A stretch of 64,000 bases of DNA. Origin: Felis catus. Lineage: Eukaryota. Made by a program: the position numbers and the translations under genes. The notes below the pieces were generated by a model. It saw only the letters and a program-made list of their open reading frames with translations. It had not been told where the DNA came from and did not search any database. Location: positions 29,452,001 to 29,516,000 of the forward strand of contig NC_058383.1 of the NCBI RefSeq assembly GCF_018350175.1, written 5' to 3'. Positions 1-13,483 of the stretch are shown here, piece after piece; the first letter of the stretch is position 1, and every line of letters begins with the position of its first letter.

Positions 1-351
1 GAAGAATATTTACATTTCTGCTCAGCTTGGCACGAAATCTGTTCTTTGCTTTCCTTAATGTTATCCTAATGACCACTCTGTAGGCAGGCAGTGTTCTCCT
101 TTCACAGATGAGAATATCAAAGCTTGGCAATATGAAGCATACCTGAGGGACTAATGTCAACTAGACCAAGATTTCAATTTCAGAGGCCATATTCCTTCCC
201 CAGTAACGTGACGTTTATGTGCCAAAATGCAAATAAATTAGAGCAAATAACTGGGAGACACTCTACTGTTGGGGCGGGGGGAATGGCGAGGACGAGGGAG
301 ATGTCGCTGTGAGAAGAGCCACGTGTACAAATCTTTAACAGACATACTGAA

Positions 352-543
352 GGGGGGTCAGTCTCTTGAGCGTCGGACTTCAGCTGAGGTTGTGATCTCA
401 CAGTTCACAAGGTCGAGCCCTGCATTGGGCCCCGCTGTCAGCGCAGAGCCCGCCTGGGATCCTCTGTCTCCCTCTCTCTGCCCCTCCCAGGCTTGCTCGC
501 TGTCTCTCAAAAATAAATGAACATAAAAAAAAAAAAAAAAAAA
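352..543 (+). mobile_element. CanSINE (older, 5'-degraded)
   Basis: tRNA-like head, (CT)n region, AATAAA and A-tail; imperfect TSD acatacygag. Confidence 0.85.
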
Positions 544-1984
544 TACATACCGAGGGCCCAGAACATCAGGCCCTGTGCTGGGCATTGGGGTTCTAGTGAC
601 AACCTAGGCATAAGCCCCCTAGCTCCTGGAGGCAAAGACCTTGTCAATCAGGCAATGATACCACAACATTGATACTTACCAGGAGAAAGCACAACACGCC
701 TACTTTGTGGCAGATGAAGGAAACACTCTCCTCTTATTGTTCCAGTTTACAGCAAACACTGAGAGTGTGAGTGGAATTAACTCCAGACCAGAAGAAAATG
801 AAGTCTAGAGTCGTAGATGTACTGCACATAAATAGGACATGTTTTTGACATCAGCCTACAATTCTTTCAAATAAACAACCTCTAGGCATGGTTTTTATTT
901 GTAGCAGTTGGATTTTTATGTGTAGCCACTAAACACCTAGCAAAAAAGGTACTATAAATATACCAAATACTGACAATACACTGTATCGGAAAAGTTATAG
1001 AACTGTTTCCTATGCTTGAAGTGGCTGTGAAAGTTCTACACGAGCCAATGTGATTTATTTTTTGACATGTTTACTATAGATTTGCTTCAACTGACCATAA
1101 AACATGGAGCAAACTGCATACTTAACACCCTCCAAGATAATGCATTCTTAAGTACTATAACTAATACTTAAATGAACAGCGTTTCTGAAATATTCATTGC
1201 CATCCATTTATAAATAAAAATTTGAATTAGCATAAGTCTAAAACACATGTGGCTTTTAAATTACTACATAAAAAGACATGAAGAGCTAGAAAATATTATT
1301 TGTTCTTCAAGCAAAATGACCAAAATTCATGTTTTTTTTTCAGTTTGAACAACTTCACTTTCCAAGTTTATTCAAAATGAATGATTCTCAGAGAATAAGA
1401 ACTGATTGGAAGATTAATTTTAAACTGAGATGATTTCCATATTTAGCAAACACTGGGTTAAAAACAAACTCTAATTTTGTTGAATCATAAATTAGCACTC
1501 TGATTTTGTTGGATCATAAATTAGCACGGTAGGTTTACATGCTACAAACTAAATATTTGTAAACAGATTAAACAAATGTTTTATTTAACAGAAAAAAAAT
1601 ATACTGGACTCCTACTTCTAGGTTCGGTAAGGCAGAGAGGGAAGGTGGAAGAAAAAGAAAGGGGAAGGGGAGAAAAGAGCACCAAGAAGAGGGAAGTCTC
1701 TCTCTCTCTTTTTTTTTTCCTAGCTCTTCACTCTTTGTGATGGTAGGAATCAGCAGAATTTAAACTTAAACACGGATATTTTACTAAATTCAAAAGTATC
1801 GCTAACTACGAAAACAAAGCCTGAAGTTTAGTTTACTTGTCTAAGGTATCGGGACTAGTTAAGCACCAGGCGGGGCCACGAGTCCCCTCATTCATAACCC
1901 AGTTCTCTTGCCTGAGGCAACCAGGCAGGTGGTTGTGAGGTGGGTAGGTGGTAAATTGAAAAACTCAGGTAAAAGAGGAGTCAT

Positions 1985-2280
1985 TACCTATCAACACAGA
2001 GGACAAACCAATGGTTGCCGGAAGGAAGAGGAGTGGGGGGCTGGTCCAAATGGGTGGAAGGGCGTGGGAAGGACAGGCTTCCAGTTCTAGAATGAGTAAG
2101 TCATGGGGATGAAGGGCACAGAGAGGGAAATACAGTCGACGCTTCGGTGGTGGCGCATTGTGCGGTGACAGGAGAGCTACGCTTGTGGCGCACAGAGAGT
2201 TGTACAGAGTACAGACTTGTTGAATCACTACGTTGCACACCTCGAAGTGACGTAACGTTGTGTCTCTACTGAAAAAAAAA
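1985..2280 (+). mobile_element. L1 3'-end fragment (carnivore-type)
   Basis: Typical L1 3'UTR motifs (aggcttccagtt...aagtcatggggatg...acacctcgaagtgacgtaacgttgtgtc) and A-tail. Confidence 0.75.
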
Positions 2281-3284
2281 CTTTTTTAAAGGGTCCTTAA
2301 ACGTGATCCACATAAATCTTCACACGTTCTCTTTCAAATCAAAGGGCATATGTGGCCTTTCATTTTGCCAGTCTTCCACCACAGGGTCAAGGCCTTCTCT
2401 TTGCACATGTATCAGCTGTCTGGCATAAGCCACGACTGTCTACGATTTCAAGTTTCGATTGCTTTAGAGTGGAACCCAAATTGAAAGGATTTGAAGCATA
2501 GAAGGCTTCCACATTTTTACAACTTTTAACCCAATTTTTTTAGCTTCTCATTCACACCCAATTCAACAGCATTCAGTAACATGACTTTGTGTTTCCAAAC
2601 ATTTAACTTTTTTTGCACTCATATTTCATCAGTTTATATAATATTTAGTTGAACTATATAATTATGATTACTACTGCTATTGTGCTATTGGCATCAACAG
2701 CTTTGGGAGTAAACACAGCTGACTTGTGGTTAGCATAGAACTTAACTAGTGAGAACAGAAATGTATCACCAGACTTTATTGTCACCTCTTACGTCCCAAG
2801 ACAAACGGACTAGAAAAGGTTGGTAAACCAGCAAACTGGACAAGTAGAGAATGGATAAAGAGAGGTTCTACCAGAAAGAATATTAAAGATTTACGTTGCT
2901 ACCAAAAGGCATCTCAAATTGGAAACCTGGGTCTATGTTTTCTGGAGTCTGTTAATACAAATTACTACTGAGATATTATTTCATTACCATCTCACTTTAT
3001 GCAAAATATGGTCAGACTATACTTTGAGACAAGCATTCAGAGTACATGCCAAATAAAAGTTCATATTCAGAGAATTGTAAGAGCACCTTAGCAGCTAGTA
3101 CCACTATAAATAAGTTTCTAATGCCATGATTAAATATGAAATCTATTCTCCTTGTATCATAGTCCTTCAAAATACTTGTGAATTCTTCTCTGCCTTAAAC
3201 ACACGTTGGCACATATCATCAATCAGCAATTTCAAACATCTGCCAAAATTTTATTAGTTTTACAATGGTTATAGATAAGGAGTC

Positions 3285-4170
3285 TTTTTTGTTAATTGCG
3301 ATATAATTCACCTGCCATGAAATTCACTGTTCCAAAGTGGGCAGTTCAGTGATTTTTAGTATATTCACAAGGTATCCAGCCATCACTAATTCTAGAGCAT
3401 TTTCACCACATTTAAATCCCATGCCCATCAGCAATTACTTCCTCGCCTCCCTTCCCCCAGCCACCACTCATCTACTTTCTGTCTCTAAGGATTTGCCTGT
3501 TCTAGACATTTCAGATAAACAGAATGTGTGGACTTGGTGTGTAGCTCCTCTCACCTAACATAATGTTTTCAAGATTCATCCGGGCTGTACCAGGTGTCCA
3601 CATTCCATTCCTTTTGATGGGTAAATAATATTCCACTATATGGATCTACCATATTTTGTTTATCCTCTCATCAGTGATGATGGACTTTGAATATTTCCAC
3701 CTTTTGGCCGTTATGAATAATGTTGCTATGAACACCATGTTCAAGTTTTGTGTGAACATGTTTTCAGTTCTCCTGGGCATATACATAGGAGCGGGAATAC
3801 CACAGAGTAACTGTGTGCTTAACTGTTTGAAGAACTAACTATCCACCTGCTGTCCACAAGTCTGCATGCATCATCTTCCATTCCCACCAGCAAAAGAGAA
3901 CGGTTCCAATTTGTCTAAATCTTTTCTTTCTTTCTCTTTCTTTCTTTTCTTTTCTTTTTTCTTTCTTTCTTTCTTTTTTTTTTTTTTTTTGTCACAGTTA
4001 TCCCAGTGGATATGCAGTGGGATCTCACTGTTGTTCTGATCTGCATTTCCCTAATGACTAATGATATTGAGCATCTTTATGTGTTTTTATTGGCTACGTA
4101 TGTATCTTCTTTGGAGAAATGCCCATGTAAAAGTTGGGTCATTTGTCTTCTTTACTGTTGAGTTTGAACA
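3285..4170 (-). mobile_element. Old L1 (L1MB-like) 3' fragment
   Basis: Reverse-complement L1 3' motifs (tgcatttccctaatgactaatgatattgagcatctt; ataatattccac). Confidence 0.8.
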
Positions 4171-4769
4171 ATTCTGTCACTATGTGTGCTTGAGAAGAGA
4201 CGTGACACACTGCTGGTGAGAATGTAAAATGATACGACTACTTTGGAAAGTGGTTTGGTATTTTCTGAAGTGTTAAATGTAATTTTACCCTATGGTCCAG
4301 CAATTCCACTCCCAGATGTCTTTTCAAAGGAAAAGGAAAACCTGGATCTGCACAAAGACTTACAAACACATGTTGACAGCAGCATTATTCATAATAGCCC
4401 CAAACTGTCAACAATTTAAATGATCATCAACTAGTGAATCAATTAGCAAAAAGTGGTATATCCTAGTGGAATATTATTCAGCAACAAAAAAGAAATATGA
4501 TACGACATGGATGAAACAAAAAAAAAATTATGCTCACTGAAAGAAGACCACATATGGTATGATTCCATTTATGTGAGATTTCCAGAAAAAGCAAATCTAT
4601 CTAGGAAGAAAACAATGGTTTTCTGAGGTTGAGGTAGGAATCGAAATTACATGTACATGGGATGGGCGTAAGGCTTCTTTTTGGGGTGATGAACATGTTG
4701 TAAAAGTAGAATGCAGTGATGGCTGCCTGGCTCTGTAAATTCACTATAAACCACTGAAGTTTACACTTT

Positions 4770-4990
4770 TATTTATTTGTTTTTCAACGTTTTTTATTTA
4801 TTTTTGGGACAGAGAGAGACAGAGCATGAACGGGGGAGGGGCAGAGAGAGAGGGAGACACAGAATCGGAAACAGGCTCCAGGCTCCGAGCCATCAGCCCA
4901 GAGCCTGACGCGGGGCTCGAACTCACAGACCGCGAGATTGTGACCTGGCTGAAGTCGGACGCTTAACCGACTGCGCCACCCAGGCGCCCC
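4770..4990 (-). mobile_element. Young felid CanSINE (SINEC_Fc-like)
   Basis: Near-consensus with CpGs intact; TSD tacacttt. Confidence 0.95.
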
Positions 4991-5394
4991 TACACTTTCA
5001 AATAAGTGAAAGCTAGGATACAGAAATGACACCTCAATGATGCTACTTGTGAAAAATAATATCATCTGTAGGTAAATGTTTATAGCAGCGTTACTCCTAA
5101 TTGTCAAAAACTGGAAACTCAAATGTCCTTTGATTCGAATGCAAGAGGAAGCCGTGGTGCATCCATACAAGGGAACACCAGTGGTCAGTAACAGGGCTGA
5201 TTCCTGATACCTGCGACGGTATGGCTGCATCACCAATGCACGCTGCGACAGGAAAGGAAACCATCCTTGAGGGCTTCACTTACCGGGAAGCCAGTTTTGT
5301 GGAAAAGCGAAAGCACCAGCGGCTGCCAGGGGTGGGGCTGATAATAAAAGGGAAGCCAAGGAAATGTTGGGGAAATCTATAGAACGGTTATATA

Positions 5395-5614
5395 TCTTTT
5401 TTGAAATTGTTGTCATGTTTCTTTATTTTGGAGATAAAGAGACAGAGTGTGAGCAGGGGAGGGGCAGAGAGAGAGAAGGAGACACAGAATCCCAAGCAGG
5501 CTCCAGGCTCTGGGCTGTCAGCACGGAGCCCGATGTGGGGCTCGAACCCAGAACTGAGAGATCATGACCTCAGCCAAAGTTGGCGCTTAGCCACCCGAGC
5601 CATCCCGGCACCCC
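5395..5614 (-). mobile_element. CanSINE (older)
   Basis: Reverse-oriented head and tail; imperfect TSD gaayggttayakatctt. Confidence 0.9.
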
Positions 5615-6061
5615 GGAATGGTTACAGATCTTGACTGTGGTTACACGACTCTATGTTGGTCAGAAACTAGAAACGTATGCCCAAAGCAGTGACTATTACC
5701 ACAGGTATATTAAAAATAAAGTTTTAAAAATGATATTATAAAAGATTATTTTAAATATAATAATACTGTAATATTTTTCATATAATAAGAAAGAATGAGA
5801 AAGCTCTCCAGGTGACAGTGATAGGGAAAGATGTCAGACAGAAAACTAGAAAAAAAGAAGAAGAACATAAATATATCCATTTTTGCTAAAATGAAACTCT
5901 AGATGCAGACATGAGAAAGCAGTAGAGCACTTCTCCCCTGTGTGAGTGAGCGGGTGGTGCGACGGAGTGGCTGCTGGCGGAGGGAGAGCAGATTTAGTAT
6001 CGTGTTACTACCGTCCCTGAACATGTGGACAGATCACTTACGTTTAAAAAGGAACATAACA

Positions 6062-6495
6062 GGGGCACCTGCGTGGCTCAGTGGGTTAAGCGTCTGACTT
6101 CAGCTCAGCTCATGATTTCATAGTTCATGGGTTCGAGCCCCACATCGGGTTTTGTGCCGAGAGCTCGGAGCCTGGAGCCTGGTTCCAATTCTGCGTCTCC
6201 CTCTCTCTCTGCCCCTCCGCTGCTCATGTTCTGTCTCTCCCTGTCTCTCCAAAATAAATCAATGTTAAAGAAAATTCTTTCAGGGGCGCCTGGTGGCGCA
6301 GTCGGTTAAGCGTCCGACTTCAGCTCAGGTCACGATCTTGCGGTCCGTGAGTTCGAGCCCCGCGTCGGGCTCTGGGCTGATGGCTCGGAGCCTGGAGCCT
6401 GTTTCCGATTCTGTGTCTCCCTCTCTCTCTGCCCCTCCACTGCTCATGTTCTGTCTCTCCAAAATAAATCAATGTTAAAAAAAAATTCTTTTAAA
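6062..6495 (+). mobile_element. Two head-to-tail CanSINEs (6062-6280 and 6283-6495)
   Basis: Two GGGGC(A/G)CC heads; outer TSD aaagga(a)acataaca flanks the pair. Confidence 0.95.
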
Positions 6496-7798
6496 GGAAA
6501 CATAACAAATAGAACTCACTGAATACTGTTTCATCCTCCAATATACGCATATACTCTCTTTGTGTCCTGTGAAATTTGTCTTTTGCATCTTCATCTGAGT
6601 CAATGATGAAAATATTGAGCTGAACAGAGCTAAGGCAATCCTTGCAATAAAGTAATAGAAATCTTTCTTAACCTGATGCTAATCCATTACTCCACACCGT
6701 TTCAAATGCACGAGTTACAAGAAGGAAAACTAAGGGCAAGTTACCTAAACTCCCTAAGCCTCTTTGTAAAATGGCTGTAAATATTATCTCCCTTGAAGGG
6801 TGCAAATTACCCTTCAACGTATGTGGGACAATATATGTTGCGTGCTTGGAGCCATGCTTGGCACTGACTGAGTAGGCATTCAGTAATCGCTCACTGGCTT
6901 CATCTTTAGTTACAGCTGTATCCTAGCCGGTGTATTCACCTCACTGTCACCAAATTCAGTCCATATTTCACGTGATCTTGTCACATAAGACCTGCATTAG
7001 TGAAGGCTTTCTTCTCTCTTTGTTGGGCTGCTTGGGTTCCAGTTCCAGCTCTGGGATTGTCTAACTGGTGGGCAAGAACTTTCAAAGCCACTGGATCTTG
7101 AGGTATAAACGGAAGTGACAAAGACTTACTGTACAGGATTGGAAGTGGAGATATTAGAGATGTCAGGTGCACAGCAGGGCTGTGAGCACACAGGATGTAG
7201 TCAATAAACATTAGCAACTGGCGGTATGATTTTGTCTACCACACTCCTGCTTCCCTAGTACATGAAGTAACATAAAGAGTATCGCAATCCTTATCTGAAT
7301 TTGGTAAAAACCTCATGCTAAACTTCATTTCTAGCTTGTCGTAACTTTCTAATTATACTTCAAACTTCCAAAAAAAGTTTATTCCTACCAACTGTGCAGA
7401 CACACAGAAATATTCTGATGAATAAATGATAAGAGGGTTTTCAAATCTCCCTAACACAGGCTTATGGGCTCTAAAACGAACAGAAGTTGAAATCAACATG
7501 TATACGTCGTATTGTCTTCTCTGACATTTGGGAGACTTAACAGGTTTTCCGTTTCTAGAGATCTGGCAGTAGAACACGGCTATATGTATAAACTAAAGTT
7601 TTCTGAAAGAAAAGAACAAGCTCATTTTTAAAGAAAAGGCATTGTTCTTACATCACTTCTGACATCTAGGTACCCAAACTAATCTCAATGGATTACAAGA
7701 ATCCAAAAGTTGTTTTTTGTTTTTTTTGTTTTTTTTTTTTTTAAGTACTATCAGTAAAAGGTCTCTGGGTACCTTTTTATTCCTTGTAACATTGTTAC

Positions 7799-7852
7799 CT
7801 CTTTGGTGTTTTCTTAAAGTAGGCAGAGAAGTTCAGGATTTTGAATTTAGTC
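7799..7852 (-). other. TMCC1: Candidate exon 3 (54 nt)
   Basis: Acceptor attactttcaag|GACT and donor AAGAG|gtaaca; one frame fully open (TKFKILNFSAYFKKTPK). Confidence 0.5.
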
Positions 7853-9404
7853 CTTGAAAGTAATTATTTAGGGTTACAACATCTGTACTGGAAATGACTG
7901 ACTACTGAAGGGGAAGGCAGCTCAGATTGCTGTGTGCCACAAGCCCTTTGTTTTTCAATCAACATTACTTTAATTATTTCCTATAAACACATCATTGTCC
8001 TTAAGAAAAATATTTTTCAGATAAAGATTAAAAAAAATCTTTAATCATCACTTGGAACACAGAACTTGGATCCTCACTTGGAAATGACCTCAGCATATTA
8101 TAAACCTTCTGAAACAGATTTAGTGCATAAAACCCATTTGCCAAATAAAAGTAACTATTACATGGAATTTCATTAAACAAGTTATTTTTAAAAGACTTAA
8201 GAGTTTTTATCTTTTATTTGTGGCAACAGAATATTTTTAGAAAATTCTGGGATATGGTGAAAAAAAAAAAAGCCAACCGGACAGAAGTGAGTTGTTAGCC
8301 AGGGAGGGCTTCTGCTCACCCTCAGCCATCCATGCTGCCACTGCCCCCTCTCTGAGGCCTCCTTTCCAAAAAGAAGCCTCTGGCTGACATGACCACTGTC
8401 TGCTGGGCCAAGCTTTCCGTTAAACCATTAAGATTTCCTTGTGAATCCCAGAGAGACCTGGATCCGCAAGGATTTATCCCCAGTGGAATTCTGACCATGA
8501 GGCAGTGGGCAGTGATGGCCTTTCTGGACGGGCTGGGCAGAAGGGGGGCTGGTGCCGCCGTGACATGCCCCCTTGCCAAGATGGCTCAAGGAGGGTAAAG
8601 GCAGTTGCCCCCAGCCGACTTCTCTGAGACAGGCAACGGTGGGCAGACGCTCAGGTCAGTGTAACGTTCCAAGTCGCTTTCTTCCCAGCGTATCGCACTA
8701 TTAAAGGCTATGAACCTTAGTATGGTCTTTGAAGCTGCAGGCAAGTGGTCTGGGGCCGGCGGGGGGTGGGGGGGGGAGGGGGGTGTCTTTATTTGAAGTG
8801 CTAAGGCAAATCCAACAGGTACCGCAGAACAAAACAAAGGACAAATTTCACAGTTTTGAACAATCCAGCCCTATGCACAACAGCAAAGTACTCAAAGAAC
8901 ATACAGGAAAAACTATAACAGGAGAAAGTACAGTAGTTACAAACAAATATTTATAGAGAAAAATGAGAACAACCCATTGCCCATCAGTAGGTTAAATAAA
9001 TACTGGTACGTGCATTTCACTGAAATGCTGGTGTAAGTGAGGGAAAAAGACAGACCTTGGTATACTCAGAGGGGAAAAAGTCCATGACACAGATTTAAGC
9101 AGGAAAACTTGGCTCTAGTGAACAGCAAGGATCGCGTATACAGACGACACATGGGAAGACCGGGCGAAGAGACTGGGGCAGGTACAGAGAGGAGCAGGGA
9201 GGCTGGCAGGCAAGAGAAGGCAAGGACAGTCTGTGCGAGGCAGGCTAAAGAAAGAGGGAGGTGGTGAGAGGAAGAGAGACGGGGCAAGAGACAAAGAAGA
9301 GAAGAAACGGGAGGGCAGACACAGAGACCCACAGACACACAGGGACTTAATCACAATGGTTATTGCTCTGAGCGCCTGAGGCAGGAGCCACGGGCCACAG
9401 ATGT

Positions 9405-9566
9405 CTGCTTAGACTTAAATTAAATTAAATTAAAAATTCAGTTCTGCAATCATCCTAGTCACATTTCAAGGGCTCAACAACCACATGTGGTAATGGCCAC
9501 CACCCTGGCAGCACGGAACAGAGCGTCTCTGGCACTACACAGACATCTCCTGGGTAGTGCTGCTCT
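9405..9566. mobile_element. MER3/MER33-like hAT MITE fragment
   Basis: aattcagttc...tagtcacatttcaagggctcaacaaccacatgtgg motif. Confidence 0.7.
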
Positions 9567-10159
9567 GTACCCTTTGGTATCGTGTAAACTTTTTATAGTG
9601 AGCGTGTTATACTTTTGGAGTCCGCAAGGAGAATAAAGACATTTCCAATCTGAAAAAGAAACACACAGGGTTTTGGTCCCGCTGTCCCATTCTGCATCTC
9701 TCTAATAGTTCTTTTTCAAACAGCACAGAAGGAAGTTCAAAAGGGAGTTCATAAGGGCTTAATGATCTGGATGCTGCCAATTTCTCAAAGTTCGTTGATT
9801 GTTACTAAGTCAGTTAACTACTTAACAAGAGTTCAGATGCCACCAAAATAAGGAAGACAACAACATATATTTGGAACGTCGTGACATCGCTCTTATTCTC
9901 TAAAATCTAAAAAAAAAAAAAGGTCATGTTACTCATTCTTAGTAAAGCAAGCACAGTTGAGAGAAACCTCTTACACTTTAGACCAACATTTTAAATTGAA
10001 GCTTTTCTTCAAAAGAATGATAGCATTTAAAAATAGTATTCATTTTTTTCTGATTCAATTCAGTACAAAGTAGAGAAGAAAAAATAAAGCCAAAAGTTAA
10101 CAAAGAAAAAGTGCCACATTAACTGTAAAAGAAAATGGCAATGCTAAGAACCAGTTTTC

Positions 10160-10379
10160 TTTTTTTTTTTAATTTTTTTTTTAACATTTATTTATTTTTG
10201 GGAGAGAGACAGAGCATGAACAGGGGAGGGGCAGAGAGAGGGAGACACAGAATCGGAAACAGGCTCCAGGCTCTGAGCCATCAGCCCAGAGCCCGACGCG
10301 GGGCTCGAACTCACGGACCGCAAGATCGTGACCTGAGCTGAAGTCGGACGCTTAACCGACTGCGCCACCCAGGCGCCCC
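10160..10379 (-). mobile_element. Young felid CanSINE
   Basis: Near-consensus; perfect 15-bp TSD taagaaccagttttc. Confidence 0.95.
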
Positions 10380-10789
10380 TAAGAACCAGTTTTCAAATGA
10401 AAGCTGTAACACCAAAACAACAGTTTCTAAAGACTTTCTCATGTAATAGAAGTTTGGATCATCTGGTGGGGTTTTAAGAAAATAACACTTTCCTAAAGAA
10501 AAGTTAAAGTCCAGAAAAACATAAGGCACATATACGTTTATGGGAAATGCACAAATAACATTTTGAGACCCTCTGTCCCCTCCAAAAAAAACCACCGACT
10601 GCTGCTGAAAGATTACAGTCCCAGTCCCTCCTGCTGTCCCCAGCAGCATCCACTCACCCACTGGGTCTAAGGGCAGATCTAATCTGGGCCCTCAAAGTTC
10701 TCCTGAAAACCCTGCACAGTATCACATCCACCTTCCTTCCTAGGTAGCTACCTGCTACTCTACTGCCGGACCCTAAGTCCAATCACAAC

Positions 10790-12240
10790 CATGTGTCCAA
10801 GGTTCCTACCATGGGGCTTTGCATAATACAAAAATATACAAAGTCCCAGTAATTAAGATGGTATAAAATGACACAAGAATATACTGTAGAACAGTGGAGC
10901 AGAACTCTTGCACATTGAGCAATCTGAATACAAGACAAAGTGGCAACACATATCAGTGGAGAAAAAGATGGGACTATGCAATCAGAGATGCTGGTTCGTG
11001 CCACTGGTTTATTCACATGGAAAATTATTCCCTATCTCATACCACACACACAAATAAATTCCATGTGGATTAGACTCATGCTAAAGAGCAGAACAAACTT
11101 TTACAAGAAAATATGGTAGGATCTCTTTATGACCCCAAAGTACTCAGAGTACGGTGGGATTTATTAAACATGATGCAAAAAGCCAACCATAAATGAACAG
11201 ACTAATAAATGTGACTTGATTAAAATGCAAACTTGCACACAACAAAGCACATCATAAAAGATAAGCCACTGGGAGAACATACTTGAAATGCAAAATATCA
11301 ACAAAAGATAAGTAGCCAGAATATATAAAGAACTAAAGATACATAAGCGGGGGAAGCAATCCAATAGGAAAACACACAGAAGAAAAACAACTCGCTGAAG
11401 AGGAAACTGAAATAGCCCAATAAACATAGAGAAAAGATGCTCACACTAGAAAACAAAAAAATGTACTACAAATTAGCAAAAACAAAAAAAAAAAACAAAA
11501 AAAAAACCGGAAATTTGACAATACCAAGGCTTGGCAAGGATATGGAACACGAGTAACTCTCAGACATTGTTATCAGGAGCTGTACTTGGTACACCTGCTC
11601 TGGAGAATGATTTGGCCACATTTCGTGAAGTCAAGGATGCACATGCCCTATGGACCAGCAATTCTACCTCTAGGAAACTCTAAAGAAGATGTTAAACATG
11701 CACAAGAAGACAGTACCACATGCTCATAGCAACACTGTTTAATAGCAAAGCATGGAAATAACCAAAACTTCCACTGACAGCAAATGAACAAACTATCATA
11801 ATCCTAGAATACCAGAAGCAAAAATGGTTAACAGTAGCGAATGACAGGAATTATTGCTACACACATCTGTACAGATATATCTCACACACAACAGTTAAAA
11901 TGAACAAGTTGCAGAAATATACACAGACTATGATACCATACTGCACAAAGTTCAAGATGCACAGAGTAAATACACTGTTTATAAATATACACGCATGTAT
12001 CGAAACCCATGTAAGGGAGTAACACACTCTCACTTCAGGATGATGGTTCTTCTGCAAAAGGAAGAGGGTGGGGGGGGGGAAGCATCTGGCAGGGCTACAG
12101 AGGGGGCGTCAACTATTTGCAAGACGTTTTGTATCACTTTAACGTAAAGCAAAGGTAGCAAAATGTTAAGATTCCACTTAAGCTAAGCAGAGATTATATT
12201 ATTCTCCATATTTTTCTAAATTCATATATTTCAAAGCTTC
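10790..12240 (+). mobile_element. Old L1 (L1ME-like) ORF2 end and 3'UTR remnant
   Basis: tcataccacacacacaaataaattcc..., aaaagatgctc..., cagcaattctacctctagg motifs; A-rich + strand. Confidence 0.75.
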
Positions 12241-12271
12241 AAGGAACCTGAATTTTAAAGAAAAGGCAGCA

Positions 12272-12494
12272 GGGGCGCCTGGGTGGCGCAGTCAGTTAAG
12301 TGTCCGACTTCAGCCAGGTCACGATCTCGCGGTCCATGAGTTCGAGCCCCGCGTCACGCTCTGGGCTGATGGCTCGGAGCCTGGAGCCTGTTTCCGATTC
12401 TGTGTCTCCCTCTCTCTCTGCCCCTGCCCCGTTCATGCTCTGTCTCTCTCTGTCCCAAAAATAAATAAACGTTGAAAAAAAAAATTAAAAAAAA
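12272..12494 (+). mobile_element. Young felid CanSINE
   Basis: Near-consensus; TSD aagaaaaggcagca. Confidence 0.95.
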
Positions 12495-13483
12495 AAGAAA
12501 AGGCAGCAGAGGCTGACGTCTACAAAGTGGCTGTCTCCTAACATCAAGCCTATGGTTATGGACAGCTTTTCTTTTTTCTTGCCTTCTATATGTATACATA
12601 TATTTTTTTTCCCCCAGAAAGTCAACCCAGATACTTCTAGTCCAATTTCTTCTCCTATCTTACTCCCAAAACCAACCCTGTATTTTCTTGCTCTTTTGGG
12701 TTCTTGGAGGGCCTACTAGATGCATTCTCACTTGTCTATAAATTATGCATTAAATGCCTACAATGTGCCAGTTCCTGTGCCAGGACCTGGAGAAACATAC
12801 ACTGTCTCTTCCTCCACAGAGGTTAGCCTCAAGGAACAGGAACGTTAAATAAACATGGAAAAAACTATACAATGAAAATTGTGGGAACGTTATGAAGGAA
12901 AAGAACAGGTGCTCTGGGCCCATATAATAGAATGGCCCAGTTTAACCTAGGTTGCATAGGAGGCATACGCAAATGCCAGGAAGGAAAGGATGGAGGGGCG
13001 TTCCGGACGGAGACAGAAACCAGCCGAGTGTCGTTCTCACTAGGCTGGCGCAACTCAAGGGCAAGGACTGCTTCTGATTCTTATCTGTGCCCCTGACTTC
13101 GTTGGTGCTTGAACAAATGCTCTCTGGCTGATTCTAAGGCAGCCTCTGAGCAATCAGGAGATTCTGTGCCTGTAGCTCTAAGGCAGGAAAGCAGTCCCTT
13201 GGGGATGGCCCAGGAGGTGAAAGGAGTGACAGAGAAACAGGCGGAACAGAGTCTGAACCCACCGTGTATAAACTCACACACATCATGCTCCACATCGTGA
13301 CAGAGCTGAGCCTTTTTCTTCATGTGCCCATCGTTTATCCACCTCCTTCCTTGTACAGTACCCTCCCCCCTACCCTATTCATCAATTCAATTCAATACTT
13401 TTAAGGGGATCTATGTGTGCCAAGCTAGGGGCATTAAGACCCACATAAGCATAGCCTCTGCCACCAAGAGTTTTCCTTCTAGA

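Larger units (their letters stand above)
4195..5720 (+). mobile_element. Old L1 3' fragments (L1MC/ME-like), interrupted by SINEs
   Basis: ctggtgagaatgtaaaatg...cagcaattccactcc...gcattattcataatagcccc motifs. Confidence 0.7.
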
